Assembly (NCBI GenBank): GCA_964016885.1
Contig: OZ024742.1
Coordinates: forward strand, 146,320,001-146,384,000
Reading direction: 5' to 3'
Length of the DNA stretch: 64,000 nucleotides
Source of the DNA: Eledone cirrhosa
Taxonomy: Eukaryota
Shown piece after piece: positions 1 through 12,476 of the stretch. A program made the translations under genes and the position numbers. The notes below the pieces were generated by a model. That model did not search any database, was not told the origin of the DNA, and worked only from the letters and a program-made list of their open reading frames with translations. Numbering within the stretch: the first letter of the stretch is position 1; each line of letters begins with the position of its first letter.

Positions 1-435
1 CCAATGGTAACTGTTGCTATTAGCATTAACTTTTTCTTTACAATATTTCTATATTTCTAATGAAGAATTCTGCCTATAATTTTCAAATTATTTCGAAATG
101 AATAAAAAATTTTTTTAAAGATTTTATAAATAAAAAACTTGCTACTTACTAAATTAATATTTGGAAGATAACAAATATCCTTACATGTTTTTAGATAAAT
201 ATAAACAATTTCAAAGAAACAGTTTTACATTGGAGAATCGGGGGCAGTTCCAGGTGGAATTAAAACAGTTGATGAGATGTCAGTGTGCTGTCAGTTCTGT
301 TATTGAAGTATTTGGTTATAATCTGATATTAACAAGCTGGAAGCTGGAAGAACACTTCTCCAGTGTAGCAGGGGAGGATTTCAATTTCATTGAGTGTGTT
401 ACTTTGAAGAGGACTGCATTGTGGAGGTGGTGGTG

Positions 436-436
<1 letters not shown>

Positions 437-518
<82 letters not shown>

Positions 519-605
519 TGTTGTTGTAGTAGTTGTAGTGGCTGTAGCAGTAATAAAACTAGTGGTGGGGCAGGTGGTAACGGGGCTGGTGGCTGCTGGT
601 GGTGA

Positions 606-640
<35 letters not shown>
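437..640. repeat. Compound (TAT)n/(TAG)n microsatellite
   Basis: Runs of tat and tag triplets are directly visible. Confidence 0.95.
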
Positions 641-641
<1 letters not shown>

Positions 642-879
642 AGATTAAGTACTTAAGAACCAGATTCTATTCAGCTTTCATTTAAAATGTGCAGAGCAGT
701 GTTATCAATTCTAAATGACAACCCACTACTCTCACACACACATACATACATGTCTTCTCCTCTACAGATGTTTAATATGTACATACACAAACACACACAC
801 ACATCATCAGCCTTTAACATCCGTTCTCCCTGCTAGCAATACACACATGCATATATACAAATATATCCACTTATGTATG

Positions 880-929
<50 letters not shown>

Positions 930-1659
930 CATGTCAGTATGAAAAAGTAAATGTATGATGATGATTTTGTATATATAGATATATATACAAGCAGACAATA
1001 TGTAATCTTTATTTCCATTTCACTTATGGCACCATGCACGAGAGAGAGGGGGATGAGAAATAAGGAAAGAGAAAAAGAGGGCAATAATTGTAGTAAATGT
1101 AAGGTAATGTGGATATATATCCAGGTGGTGCCTAAATCACTACCAATAAACCATTCTCTTCAGAGTGGTCTTCTAACCAATCCGAGGCAGCTGTTTTAGC
1201 TAAAATCAAAATGCTCAGGAAGTATCACAGACATATACACACCAGTTGTTCTTTGATACTTATTATAAATTCTTGCAATGAATTAAACAAAGATGGAAAA
1301 CCATGTTTCTCTACTGTATATATGCAAAAGACTTTCATAACAGTAGCACTACCATTATGGCTTCTGGTCTCTCGCCTAATGTTTCACCATTTGCAGAACA
1401 TCATTGTTGTCATTATTTTTACATCCTTTTCCATGTTGGCATGGATTGGACATTGTGTCACAGTTCAAGCTTTGCTGGGTCAGAAAACCATGTCTTGCTC
1501 ATCGGTCTACATTTTGGCCTGGTTTCTATAGCTGGGTGCCCATCCTAATATCAACAACTTTACAAAGTGTACTGGGTGAATTTTATTATGGCACCAGCAC
1601 TGCCATTTTGCACATACAACCATTCATACATACATGTATACATACCAATATACACACAT

Positions 1660-1972
1660 TAGAATAATACTTTTGTTAGATATGCAGGAGTGGAAGTTAT
1701 TCAAGAGGCAGCAATAAGCATTTCACAAAAAAAAAAATATATATATATATATATAAGAAACATATGTAAATTATCATTAATTCTAATATAATATGGTGCA
1801 AAAATACAATCAATTCAGCCCTCTACACAGATTGTATCTTCAAACCAAATTAATATTAGTATTAATGATAATTTACGCATGTTTCTTATAATATTTTTTT
1901 TAAGTGAAATATTTATTGCTGCCTCTTAAATGACTTCTACTCCTGCATATCTAACTAACAAGTATTATTCTA
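1660..1972. repeat. ~310 bp imperfect foldback (MITE or PLE-end remnant)
   Basis: tagaataatacttttgttagatatgcaggagtggaagttattcaagaggcagcaataa (1660-) is the near reverse complement of ttattgctgcctcttaaatgacttctactcctgcatatctaactaacaagtattattcta (-1972). Inner arms 1752-1790 and 1851-1890 also pair. Confidence 0.75.
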
Positions 1973-2240
1973 TGGCCCTTGAACGATCTGAGTTCAAATC
2001 CCGCCGAGGTTGACTTTGCCTTTCATCCTTACGGGGTCGATAAAATAAAGTACCAGTAATACACTGGATAATTGCTGGCCTTGTGCCAAAAAGTAGAAAC
2101 AATTATTCTATGGCCCTTGTCATTCTGAGTTCAAATCTCGCCGAGATTAACTTTGCTTTTCATCCTTACGGGGTCGATAAAATAAAGTACCAGTAATGCA
2201 CTGGGTAATTGCTGGCCTTGTGCCAAAAGTAGAAACAATT
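1973..2240 (+). mobile_element. Two tandem 5'-truncated copies of tRNA-derived SINE family 1
   Basis: Each unit has the B box gagttcaaatc, the core gcctttcatccttacggggtcgataaaataaagtacc and the end aagtagaaaca. attattcta occurs before, between and after the units. Confidence 0.9.
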
Positions 2241-2752
2241 ATTCTAACTATATAAGGAAAACTAATAATAACATTACAAATAACAATGATGTAATACTTT
2301 TTACCTCAACCTATAATGTTGCACGTAACAACAACCCCATGTACAATCTGTTTTTATATTCAATTGCTTGCTTTATACTTAATGTTTCATATGGGTTCTA
2401 TTATTATTACTTTTAGAATTTGGTTCTTTCTCACATTTCCTGAAGAAATACAGTTATATGTATTATATATAGTGTTAATCATTAATAATTAATCATTTTC
2501 GATTGTTTTCATATACATGTACTATTGTATCCACATTGAAATGGATGTACAGAATAAAGAATGGATTTAAGTTATTAACCTTGGTCTTTTATCATTTTGA
2601 ATATTAATGCTCTGCTATCTGAACTGTCCTCAACAACAAGAACGTTAACTTTTGAAGAATTATTCATCTCTTTTAAACTTCTGAGGATTTTAGTGTGCAT
2701 AGAGCTTCTCTCACTCCACCGAAAGTAATATTAGAGTATTCTACAATAATCA

Positions 2753-2801
<49 letters not shown>

Positions 2802-2819
2802 GTATACATATATATGTGT

Positions 2820-3187
2820 ATCATCATCATCATCATCATCAACATTTAACGTCCGTGTTCCACGCTTGCATGGGTTTGGACGGGGGTTTTCCCACTTGAG
2901 GCAAGAGTGATTGTCTTGCTCGCATAGGACTGTCTGGCGGGTTTTCTACAGCTGGATGCCCTTCCTAACACCAACCACATTTACAGTGTGGGGTTGGGAG
3001 GTTTTTACCGTGTTGCCTACACGGCCACATTACAGCGTGGACTGTCTGGCGGGTTTTCTACAGCTGGATGCCCTTCCTAACACCAACCACATTTACAGTG
3101 TGGGACTGGGAGGTTTTTACTGTGTTGCCTACACGGCCACATTACAGCGTGGACTGTGTTTTTTTGTCGTGACACCTACACGATCTC

Positions 3188-3190
<3 letters not shown>
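2820..3190 (-). mobile_element. 3' UTR fragment of RTE family A with an internal ~110 bp tandem duplication
   Basis: Reverse complement of 14445-14705, ending in the (GAT)n tail. The block ggactgtctggcgggttttctacagctggatgcc occurs twice. Confidence 0.85.
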
Positions 3191-3225
<35 letters not shown>

Positions 3226-3282
3226 ACATTAATAAAGATGCTGATGTTACATAATATATATACGAATATATATATATATATG

Positions 3283-3689
3283 TGTGTCTGATGGTAGCTA
3301 AGATGCTTCCATAGGCGGTATGGTGGTTGAGCACTCTATGCTCTTACAGAGCAGAGTATAACATAATAGAAAACGAAAAATCAGTGATGCATCTGAACTC
3401 AATTTATTGTGTTACAATTGTTTCGCCGGCAGACAGCTCGAGACACGATCATTGTGTGGATCTGTCTGATTCTGGACCTGCAGGTTCGACGGACACATCT
3501 AATGATTTCGGAGCATATTTTCTCACTGAGAGAATATGCTCCGAAATCATTAGACGTATCCGTCAAACCTGCGGGTCCAGAATCAGACAGATCCACACAA
3601 TGATCACATCTCGAGCTGTCCGCTGGCGAAACAATTGTAACACAATAAATTGAGTTCAGATACATCGCTGATTTTTCGTTTTCTATTAT
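3283..3689 (-). mobile_element. PLE-end foldback: ~327 bp near-perfect hairpin (3363-3689) plus tail (3283-3362)
   Basis: Arms pair around tctcactgaga. Each arm contains a hammerhead 3' half, cgaaa-caattg-ta. The minus-strand tail has actctg...tagagtgct. Flanked by (TA)n. Confidence 0.8.
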
Positions 3690-3869
3690 TTATATATATA
3701 TATATAATTTTAAAAAATATATGATCAACACAACTGTGTTTTTTTTGCAAAATGACAATAATTTTTTTTTTTTTTTTTTTAGACAGATAGAAATGTAATG
3801 CTCAGAAGTATTTTCTTAGAGCTTAATATTTGTAACTGACTACTAAACTAAAATATATATATATATATA

Positions 3870-4070
3870 TCATCATCATCATCACCATTTAACATCCATT
3901 TTTCCACGCTGGCATTGGTTAGACAGGTTGTCTTGTTTGAGGCAAGTTGGGTCAGGTGACCATGTCCTGCTCATACAAAACTGTTTCTGGCTTGGTTTCT
4001 ATGCCTGGATGCCCTTCCTAATGCCAACTACATTTACAGTGTGTGCTAGGTGCTTTTTGCCGTGTCACCA
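3870..4070 (-). mobile_element. Diverged SINE/RTE 3' fragment
   Basis: Contains ctggatgcccttcctaatgccaac and an (ATC)n tail. Confidence 0.7.
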
Positions 4071-4144
4071 ATACAAAAAAAAATTGATTATTTTTGGAAT
4101 GATTCAACATATGGTACATATATATATACATATAACTATAGAGA

Positions 4145-4420
4145 TCATCATCATTATCATCATCATCATTTCATTTTACGTCCGCTTTTCCCTGCTTGCA
4201 AGGGTGGGACGGGAACTAAATCTGGCTTGATTTCTACAGCTGGATGCCTTTCCTAACACCAACCTCATTTACAGTGAGTGCTGGGTGCTTTTTTGCCGTG
4301 GCACCTCCACGACCACTTTGCAGTGGAATGATAGGGACCCCAGTCCCTATCATCTCATTTCTACAGCTGAGTAAACTGGAGCAATGTGAAATAAAGTGTC
4401 TTGCTCAAGGAAACAACACA
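4145..4420 (-). mobile_element. SINE family 2, 5'-truncated
   Basis: Matches the reverse complement of 7785-8050. Confidence 0.9.
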
Positions 4421-4485
4421 GAGATATACTTATATATATATATATATATAGGTGTTTGTGTGTGTGTATACAGATATATACATAT

Positions 4486-4516
<31 letters not shown>

Positions 4517-4582
4517 CATATATATACACACACATATATATATATATACAATTATACATATATACATATACATATATCTATA

Positions 4583-5816
4583 CAGGGTGTGGACGATATT
4601 TGTTTGCAATTTTCAACTGCTAATTTTATGCAAATTTTTTTTACTGCCGTTGTCACTCTTGTCTTCATAAAAACAGTGACTATATTTCCATTATTTATTT
4701 TCAGAATAATTGATTATGAATAATTTTGAACCTCCAAATTTGTGGAGGAGACACGGAGTTCTTCTTGGAATCCGCGCTGGGAGGACAAATAAGGAAATTT
4801 CAGACTTTCTCAGCGTCAGCAGGAGAATGGTGGAAAAGATCAGAAAGGAATTGGAAGATTCAGGATTCGACTACGAAGCAACATCAGAGAGGAAAACACA
4901 TGATCGACAATCTGACGCCTTCAGAATGGCCGAGTTCGTTGCTGAAGTTCAGGATATCATCAACAATGAACCTAACAAGTCGATTCGTGCCATTGCAAGG
5001 GAGAAAGGCTTGGATGAAAAGCTCATTAGGCTGGTGGTACATGAAGACATTCGCTACGTTTCATACAAGATGAGGAAAGGACAATTTCTGTCAAAGGCGA
5101 TGCAAGAAAAGCGACTGAAGCATGCAAAGAAGCTGATCAACAAATTGAAGCACCCACTGGAGCCAGACATGCTGTGGTTTTTCTCCGACGAAAAAACTTC
5201 TGCCAAGACCAGAAGATCAACTCCCAGAACAACAGGTGGCTTGCTGTCTCATCCAAAGACATGCCCAGAGTCACGCAGACAAAGTTTCCAGCGACAACAT
5301 TGGTCTTAGGTGTCGTCAGCAGTCAAGGTGATGTCATGCCACCTCACTTCTTCCCTGAGGGCCTCAAGCTGAACACCGATGGCTACATCTGTGTTCTGAG
5401 GGAGGTAGTAAAGCCCTGGATCGACCAGGTAGCTGCAGGTAGGCCGTACATGACCACACTTCACCTGACATCTGGCCTCCCAGCTCGCCTGACTGCAACC
5501 CCCTCGACTTCTTTGTGGGGGCGTAGTGGAACGAGACACCAACAGATCTAGCTGCAATATGAAAGACGATCTGAAGGCCAGGATCACAAGTGCCTTTAGG
5601 GGCCTATGTTGGGGGACAGTGACGAAGGCCTGTAGCTGGTTCCAAGGCCACCTTGAGGCTGTCATCAAAACCAATGGCGTGTTTATCGAGTGAGGTCGAA
5701 AGAACAAGTCATGAAGACAAACTGACCCAAGTTTGATAAATATATCTTAAAAAATAAAACTACTATGTTATTTTTTCTAGACAGTAATCTTGCGAACAAA
5801 TATCGTCTGCACCCTG
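4583..5816 (+). mobile_element. Tc1/mariner-superfamily DNA transposon (maT/DD37D-like), non-functional copy
   Basis: 27-bp TIRs cagggtgtggacgatatttgtttgcaa / ttgcgaacaaatatcgtctgcaccctg (3 mismatches) with a TA duplication on both sides. Confidence 0.93.
4716..5693 (+). pseudogene. Transposase pseudogene (HTH plus DDD domain)
   Basis: HTH-like N-terminus and WFFSDEK, then a frameshift into KNFCQDQKINSQNNRWLA...VKPWIDQVAAGRPY. The QQD region appears deleted near 5450. WPPSSPDCNP lies in another frame. Confidence 0.9.
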
Positions 5817-5825
5817 TATATACAT

Positions 5826-5827
<2 letters not shown>

Positions 5828-5861
<34 letters not shown>

Positions 5862-7020
5862 GTCATTTAAAGTCCATCTTCCACGCTAGCATGGGTTTGG
5901 ACGGGAATTGTCCCACTTGAGGCAAGATCGGTTGTCTTGCTCGTATAGGACTGTCTGGCGGGTTTTCTACGGCTGGGTGCCCTTCCTAACACCAACTATG
6001 TTTACAGTGTGGACTGGGAGGTTTTTACCGTGTTACCTACACGGCCACATTACAGCATGGACTGTGTGTTTTTTTTTGTCGGGACACCTAAACGACCTCA
6101 TTTATTTAGGACTGGATGTTGTGGTACCAACATAACTTTACATCGAAAGGGGTGGTGTAGATGGGGGTGCAGGTGGGGGTAGGGGTAGTGGGACAGGGGT
6201 GTATTTTGGTTAAGAGGTGCCTACTGACTGTAAGTTTTGCTTTGTACTTATGCAAGGCGGGTCTTCTGTATGACTGTGTAGCGCCAAAGATCTCGGTCCA
6301 GTGACATTGTCTTGGAGAGGAGTAAGTGTGTGAGGTCGGAATTTATCAAGTCGTCCCAGGTTTTTCTGGGACTGCCTACTCTGTGGCTACCGTCTATTTT
6401 GATCGCCCTGCCCTTTTTTATACAGCTGTCGTCTTTCATGCGCATCACGTGACCATACCAATGTAGTCTTCTCTCGAGTAAACAGCATCTGATCCCTATT
6501 ATTCCTAATTTCTCACTTACTTCATTTAAGCTTTGCTGTTCACGTATATTACTATTACACATCCAACGGAGCATGCAAGCTTCGTTCTTCTCCAGTCTGC
6601 GTAGATCCTCTGCACACAATGCCCATGTCTCACTGCCATGTAACATCGCTGTTCATATGTAGGCATCATACAGCCTGCCTTTCATTTTTAGAGAGAAACC
6701 TTTAGCGGCCAATAGTGCTATAAGCTCTCTGAACTTTTTCCATCCCGTTCTAACTCTAGCTACTGTACTTTCAGAGCACCCTCCACCACTGCTGATTTTG
6801 TCACCCAGGTAACGGAATGTGTCCACTCTTTCTATAGAACCATCTGGGCAATGGAATGAGCTAGTATTCTGTGGGCACTTGCTGCTACTTATTGAACCTG
6901 AGCACCGGCCACATATAAAATCTATATTCTTAGTTAGCTTACCTGTGATCCCACTATATCTTTTATGCACCCATACTTTGCTTTTGGGACATAAAATGGA
7001 GTTTCTGCCTACTCCTTTCC
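5828..7020 (-). mobile_element. RTE LINE family A, 5'-truncated and frameshifted, with long 3' UTR
   Basis: ORFs 6653-6970 and 6248-6646 (FRYLGD, MLHGSETW, RLHWYGHVMR) are paralogous to 13218-14306. The UTR ends in (GAT)n. Confidence 0.93.
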
Positions 7021-7047
7021 TATATCTAAAAACACCATGTTTTTTTA

Positions 7048-7108
7048 TTCATTCTGATGACTGAAGACAGATACAACATCTGCCTTCAAGAAACCACTGG
7101 TAAATGAA
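7048..7108 (+). ncRNA. Type-I hammerhead ribozyme, intact core
   Basis: ttcatt-CTGATGA-c tgaag a cagat acaac atctg c cttca a-GAAA-ccactgg-TA-aatgaa. Stems I, II and III all pair; cleavage triplet GUA. Confidence 0.88.
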
Positions 7109-7134
7109 ATAATTATCTTATGTTGTTTATTACA

Positions 7135-7206
<72 letters not shown>

Positions 7207-7509
7207 TATATATATATATATATATATCTTTATTCTCTCTCGTTCACGATTTCACCGAACTTATATCCATGGAAATTTGGGACTTGACTCCTTCTTCCTC
7301 ACTTTTCGTTGTTTCACCATCTTTGTTTGTTTACACTCTCGTGTCCCCTTTATTTACGTGTCCCAACGACTTTTTTTAGCCGTTGCTCGCACCAACCGGA
7401 GGTATATGGTCTTTAAAGCGATGAAATACCAATGATGGTTGGAAGATCACTGATGAAGGACTAACTTTATTCATATGTAACCCATTAGCAACCACGCAGC
7501 ACGTTTATT

Positions 7510-7641
<132 letters not shown>

Positions 7642-7642
7642 T

Positions 7643-7699
<57 letters not shown>

Positions 7700-7708
7700 C
7701 ATATATAT

Positions 7709-8050
7709 GGAGGCACATGGCTTAGTGGTTAGAGCATTGGCCTTGCAATCGAAGGGTTGTGAGTTTAATTCTCAGACCGGGTGATGTGTTGTTTCCTTGA
7801 GCAAGACACTTTATTTCACATTGCTCCAGTTTACTCAGCTGTAGAAATGAGATGATCGGGACTGGGCTCCATATCATTCCACTGCAAAGTGGTCGTGGAG
7901 GTGCCATGGCAAAAAAGCACCCAGCACTCACTGTAAATGAGGTTGGTGTTAGGAAGGGCATCCAGCTGTAGAAATCAAGCCAGAATCAGTTCCCGTCCCT
8001 CCCTTGCAAGCAGAGAAAAGCGGACGTAAAATGAAATGGTGATGATGATA
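7709..8050 (+). mobile_element. Full-length tRNA-derived SINE family 2
   Basis: A box tggcttagtgg, B-box-like gagtttaattc, CORE-like ccttgagcaagacactt...ctgtagaaatgag, central ggtgttaggaagggcatccagctgtagaaa, and a 3' tail matching the RTE family B end plus (GAT)n. Confidence 0.9.
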
Positions 8051-8135
8051 TGTATATATATATATATATAAAATTATATATATATATATATACATACATA
8101 TATATATACATATATACATATATACATACATACAT

Positions 8136-8395
8136 ATCATCATCAACATCATTTTACGTCTGCTTTTCCCTGCTTGCAGGGGTTGGATGGGTCCTATTCA
8201 GCACAGCATCTCTCCACTTGTCACCGTCCTTCATCATCTCCTCAGTGAGTTTCAGTGATCTGAGATCTGCTCTCACCACCTCCGCCCATATTTTTTGTGG
8301 TCTACCACTACTGCATCTTCCTTCTACTGGGATTTCTTGGCACTTCTTTACACAGCAGTCATCCTCCATGCACATTACATGTCCATACCATCTGG
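8136..8395 (-). mobile_element. RTE family B 3' fragment
   Basis: RWYGHVMCMEDD...GRPQKIW...THPTPASREKQT followed by a (GAT)n tail. Confidence 0.9.
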
Positions 8396-8560
8396 TTGAG
8401 AGGGTAAGAACTGGACGACTGGCCTGAATGCCTTCAACATAATTGACTCCATTAAAGACACCCAAGGACTAGATGGAGTTATTGAACTGAGTAATGGAAA
8501 CGGAGTAATGTTGAACCAGGCAATGGATTATGCTAATTATTCAAGGGGCAAGTGGTAGTA

Positions 8561-8798
8561 TTAACACTTTCATTACCATATTTTGAATCATTCCAAAAAT
8601 AATACATTTTTTTAATAGAAATTTAGTAATATAACTAAAAATGATGAACTTTCTCATTATTAAGCTGGTGTTTGGAACATAGCTTAACAAAGATTCTTAC
8701 ATAAAATTATGATGGAAGTATTTTACATAAATATAAACAATATTTTTGTATCATAGAACCAGGGGTGGTTTCAGGTAATATGGTATCAAAAGAGTTAA
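8561..8798. mobile_element. piggyBac-like non-autonomous element (MITE)
   Basis: TTAA at both ends with degenerate TIRs cactttcattacca / tggtatcaaaagag. A diverged reverse copy lies at ~62320-62535. Confidence 0.6.
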
Positions 8799-8907
8799 AT
8801 TTGGTGACTGATTAAGTCTACCTCACAAAATAGTAGTATCAGCATTGCTATATTTATTGAAGACTGTTTGGGGGATTTACTTGCACAATAGTTTTACTGT
8901 TTGTTAC

Positions 8908-9040
8908 TGTTTTAGAATAGGTACACCATATCCCTGTGTGTATCTGGTTTAGAATAGGTACAGTGTATCCCTGTGTGTATGCTGTTTAAAATAGGTCCAC
9001 TGTATCCCTGTATGTAGCCAGTTTAGAATATGTACACCAT
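8908..9040. repeat. ~37-bp minisatellite, about 4 copies
   Basis: The unit tttagaataggtacaccatatccctgtgtgtatctgg is repeated with variation. Confidence 0.85.
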
Positions 9041-11056
9041 TGTAAGAGTTGACTAAAAGGGTTGGTACTAGGAAGGGTAACTGGATGTAAAACATTGCCT
9101 CAAAAGAACTCCATGGTATGTGTGAAGCCTTTCATACATTACTCTATGACAAGGGTTTTAAGACCTATTTTTGCCACTAAAACTGGGGTTAGACTTGTGG
9201 GCTCCATGATAGACTTCATATCCTCATCAGGTCTTTTTTAAGGCAAGGTTTCTCCAGAGATCAACTCTTTTAGTCACATCTTAGAACAATGGCCTTAAAA
9301 TGCTTGTTGTTGTTATTGCTGTCTAAAGGCTTATAAGGAAACATTTGTGAGTGGTGTCAATTGTTTTAACAAAACAAAGAAAGATTCTTTTAATGTCAAA
9401 GTTATATCAAAATTTAGTCATGAATTTTCTGAAATCTTTTAATTATTCAATAGAAATTGATTTGTGTTGGAATTTTTATTTTAGTTTTTAAGATAATTCT
9501 TTTTTTTGCATTCATCCCTGCACACAAAATAAAATTTGATTTTTATTTATAGAACCTGTTCAGACATTTATCTAATTGAAATTTCAAAACTGAAATATAA
9601 CAATATATATATATAAATATAAAAAGTAGAAAAAAAATCTTTAATCAAAATTTTGACCTCTGATTTAGATTTAAGAATAAAACCTAGGAAGAAAGAAAGG
9701 AAATACAATAGAAGGGCAAAACTGAAAGAAAGAAAGAAAGTTAAACATGAAAAAATGAAATAAGGAAATAAAGAAAGAAAAATTATGGACAGAATGAAAG
9801 AGACAAAGAATGATAGAAAGAAAGAAACAAACAAACAAAGGAAAGGGAAGGTAAAAATAAAGTAAGAAAGAATGAAGGGAGGGTGAAAATACAATAGAAG
9901 AGAAAGCACGAAGAAAAATAAAGAAAAAAAAAGTAAAGATTCTTTAATTTAATGTAATAATATTCAATTTCTTCAAATAACATTTATGAAAATTATTTTA
10001 TGTTTTTGCAGAGATTCTGTTATATGAGGAAACATTGTAATAACCTCCATGCTGATTACTCTACAACAAACATTTTAAGGTCACTTTCCTGATAAAATAA
10101 AAGGAGTTAACACTGCAGGGTTAATGATAGGCTTAATCATACTCATCGTGGGGTACTTTTTAAGGCAATGTTTTATGGCTAGTTGCCCTTCCTAGCACTA
10201 CCCTTTTTAGTCATCACTTACAATATGCAGGGATATAGTGTACTTATTTTAAACCAGATACATGGTTCACTATATTAGAAATATATAAACTCTCTCTCTC
10301 TCTAACTATCGATTGAGTATTGCTTAGACAAAACCTGCTGATGAAGCCACATGGGCCAATTACGCATTGTTGCATAATAAATGCAGACAGTAGATATTGT
10401 GCACTCTATTGCACAATATCTACTGTACGGGTATAGATTGAAGGTACCTATTTACGTGTGTTGTGTTAAAGCGAATAACTACGTGTCTACTCTGTGAGTT
10501 TATTTAACATTACCTATTGAGTACGCTGAGATGCAACCAGTACTAGCAGTGAAACCTATCCTAGTCTCGCCAACTTATTATTATTATATATGTATGTGGG
10601 TGTATGTGTGTGTGAGGGGGGGGGGGGGCGTTTGTGTGTATATATATACTCATAAATATATACATACATGTACGCATTCTATACAGGATGTTTATGAAAA
10701 AAAATTTGACAATCTTTTGCTCTGAACTTTTAAAGTTGTGACCACCATTACATATCCTTAGTCTTAGCAAAAACAACGGGAAACAACTGACAACGTGCTT
10801 TCTTGCTTTTTGGTGGTTGTCAAGGCTACATAGCCACCTAGCTTTTACTGAGACAAAAATAAGCTAGATTCTTATAGATTTCTCACCTGTGGTTACAGAC
10901 ATAAAATTTCATAGTGGAAGGCTGTCAAATGTTTTTCATAAACATCCTGTATACAACACACACATATATATATGTCTATAACGCTATCTTCTAGCACCAA
11001 TATTAATTCTTTATATACATATATGCATATATATATATATACATACATATATATAC

Positions 11057-11612
11057 ATCATCATCATCATCACCATCATCATCATTTTACGTCCGCTTTT
11101 CCCTGCTTGCAAGGGTTGGACGAGTCCTATTCAGCACAGCATCTCTCCACTTGTCACAGTCCTTCGTCACCTCCTCGGTGAGTTTCAGCGATCTGAGGTC
11201 TGCTCTCACCACCTCCGCCCATGTTTTTCGTGGTCTACCTCTACTGCATCTTCCCTCCACTGGGATTTCTTGTCACTTCTTCACCCAGTGGTCATCCTCC
11301 ATGCGCATCACATGTCCATACCATCTCAGCCTTCTCTCCTGCACATCACAACTTATCCCTTTTATACCCAGTTTCTTTCTCAACTCATCTATGCTTGGTC
11401 GTTCACGCACATTGACATTGCACATCCAACAGAGCATACTTACTTCATTTCTCCCCAGCCGTCGCATATCTTCTGCAGTTGCTGCCCATGTCTCACTACC
11501 ATGCAGCATCGCGCATCTCACGCAGGCATCATATAACCGTTCTTTTGTACGCAGGGAGAAACCCTTCTTTGTCAACAGAGGAAGCAGCTCCCTAAACTTC
11601 TTCCAACCCATC
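11057..11612 (-). mobile_element. RTE family B 3' fragment
   Basis: GWKKFRELLPLLTKKG...MLHGSETW...RLRWYGHVMR followed by a (GAT)n tail. Confidence 0.93.
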
Positions 11613-11630
11613 CTTATTCACCCCCCTTCC

Positions 11631-11689
<59 letters not shown>

Positions 11690-11697
<8 letters not shown>

Positions 11698-11822
11698 TAA
11701 CAGATTAAAGTTTAAGCAAAGAATCGCCCTATTTGCTCTACCGTTCTTATATATTTGATATATATTTATCCTTATCGAGCCCTCTTTGGATTTTAGTCTT
11801 CAAATTTATTATTATTACTATA
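11690..11822 (+). mobile_element. Minimal PLE insertion: inverted 3' end fused to tail (family of 16488-16666 and 28415-28560)
   Basis: 11690-11728 matches 16584-16618 directly; 11730-11822 is the reverse complement of 16488-16579. Lies in (TA)n. Confidence 0.75.
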
Positions 11823-11839
11823 TGTATATATAAATGGAA

Positions 11840-11886
<47 letters not shown>

Positions 11887-11887
11887 C

Positions 11888-12150
11888 GGGATAACAGGTT
11901 ATCGTTATGGCAGTCCACTTAGATGTAGTCCAGTTGGAGTAGTTCTTGTAGTGGATAGTATTAACGTGTGGCTTAGTTTGACTCAACAAGACGTTTCCAT
12001 AATGATGCTGCGAGTTCGCGGTGATTTTTATGTAGCATACTTGGCGCATAAACAGGCGTATAGACCTGCCAGATCAAAGAAACAATTGTCAGCAATGTGA
12101 ATAAAGCCCTTATTGTATAGCGAACCATGTCAATCTTCTTTCTTGAATTA
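11888..12150 (-). mobile_element. Minimal PLE insertion related to 32025-32521
   Basis: 11890-12050 is a reverse homolog of 32375-32520. 12070-12150 (gaaacaattgtc...ataaagcccttattgta) is a direct homolog of 32290-32364. Confidence 0.75.
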
Positions 12151-12229
12151 TATATATATATATATATATATAGGAATGAGTAGGACCCCGACGGCTGAGC
12201 TCATGCCGTTTCGACGGCTAATTCTGAGT

Positions 12230-12476
12230 CCACGGCAAAAAAGCACCCAGCCCATACTGTAAAGTGGGCGTGTAGGCGCCACAGAAAAAGCACCCACCAC
12301 TCACTGTAAATGAGGTTGGTGTTAGGAAGGGCATCCAGCTGTAGAAATCAAGCCAAAATCAGTTCCTGTATGAGCAAGGCATAGTCAGCCGACCAGACAC
12401 TGCCCACAACAAGACAACACGTCTAACCCATGCTAGCATGGAAGAACGGATGTAAAACGATGATGATGATGATGAT
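12230..12476 (+). mobile_element. SINE2/RTE-UTR 3' fragment
   Basis: Contains ggtgttaggaagggcatccagctgtagaaatcaagcc and a (GAT)n tail. It is preceded (12171-12228) by a fragment of the 18.6 kb hammerhead element. Confidence 0.8.

Noticed and set aside
161-481. 106-aa ORF
   Set aside because: No recognisable domain and it runs into a microsatellite; possibly an old LINE remnant.
2440-2555. Hammerhead CTGAAGA...GAAA-tggatg-TA
   Set aside because: Stem I does not pair convincingly; at most a decayed copy.
7450-7470. CTGATGAaggac motif
   Set aside because: No downstream GAAA or stem I partner.
7709-7782. tRNA gene (also 49026-49120)
   Set aside because: These are SINE heads with A/B boxes, continuous with multi-copy SINE bodies.
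10010-10092. Possible exon after tttttgcag
   Set aside because: No good donor site and the peptide is not recognisable.
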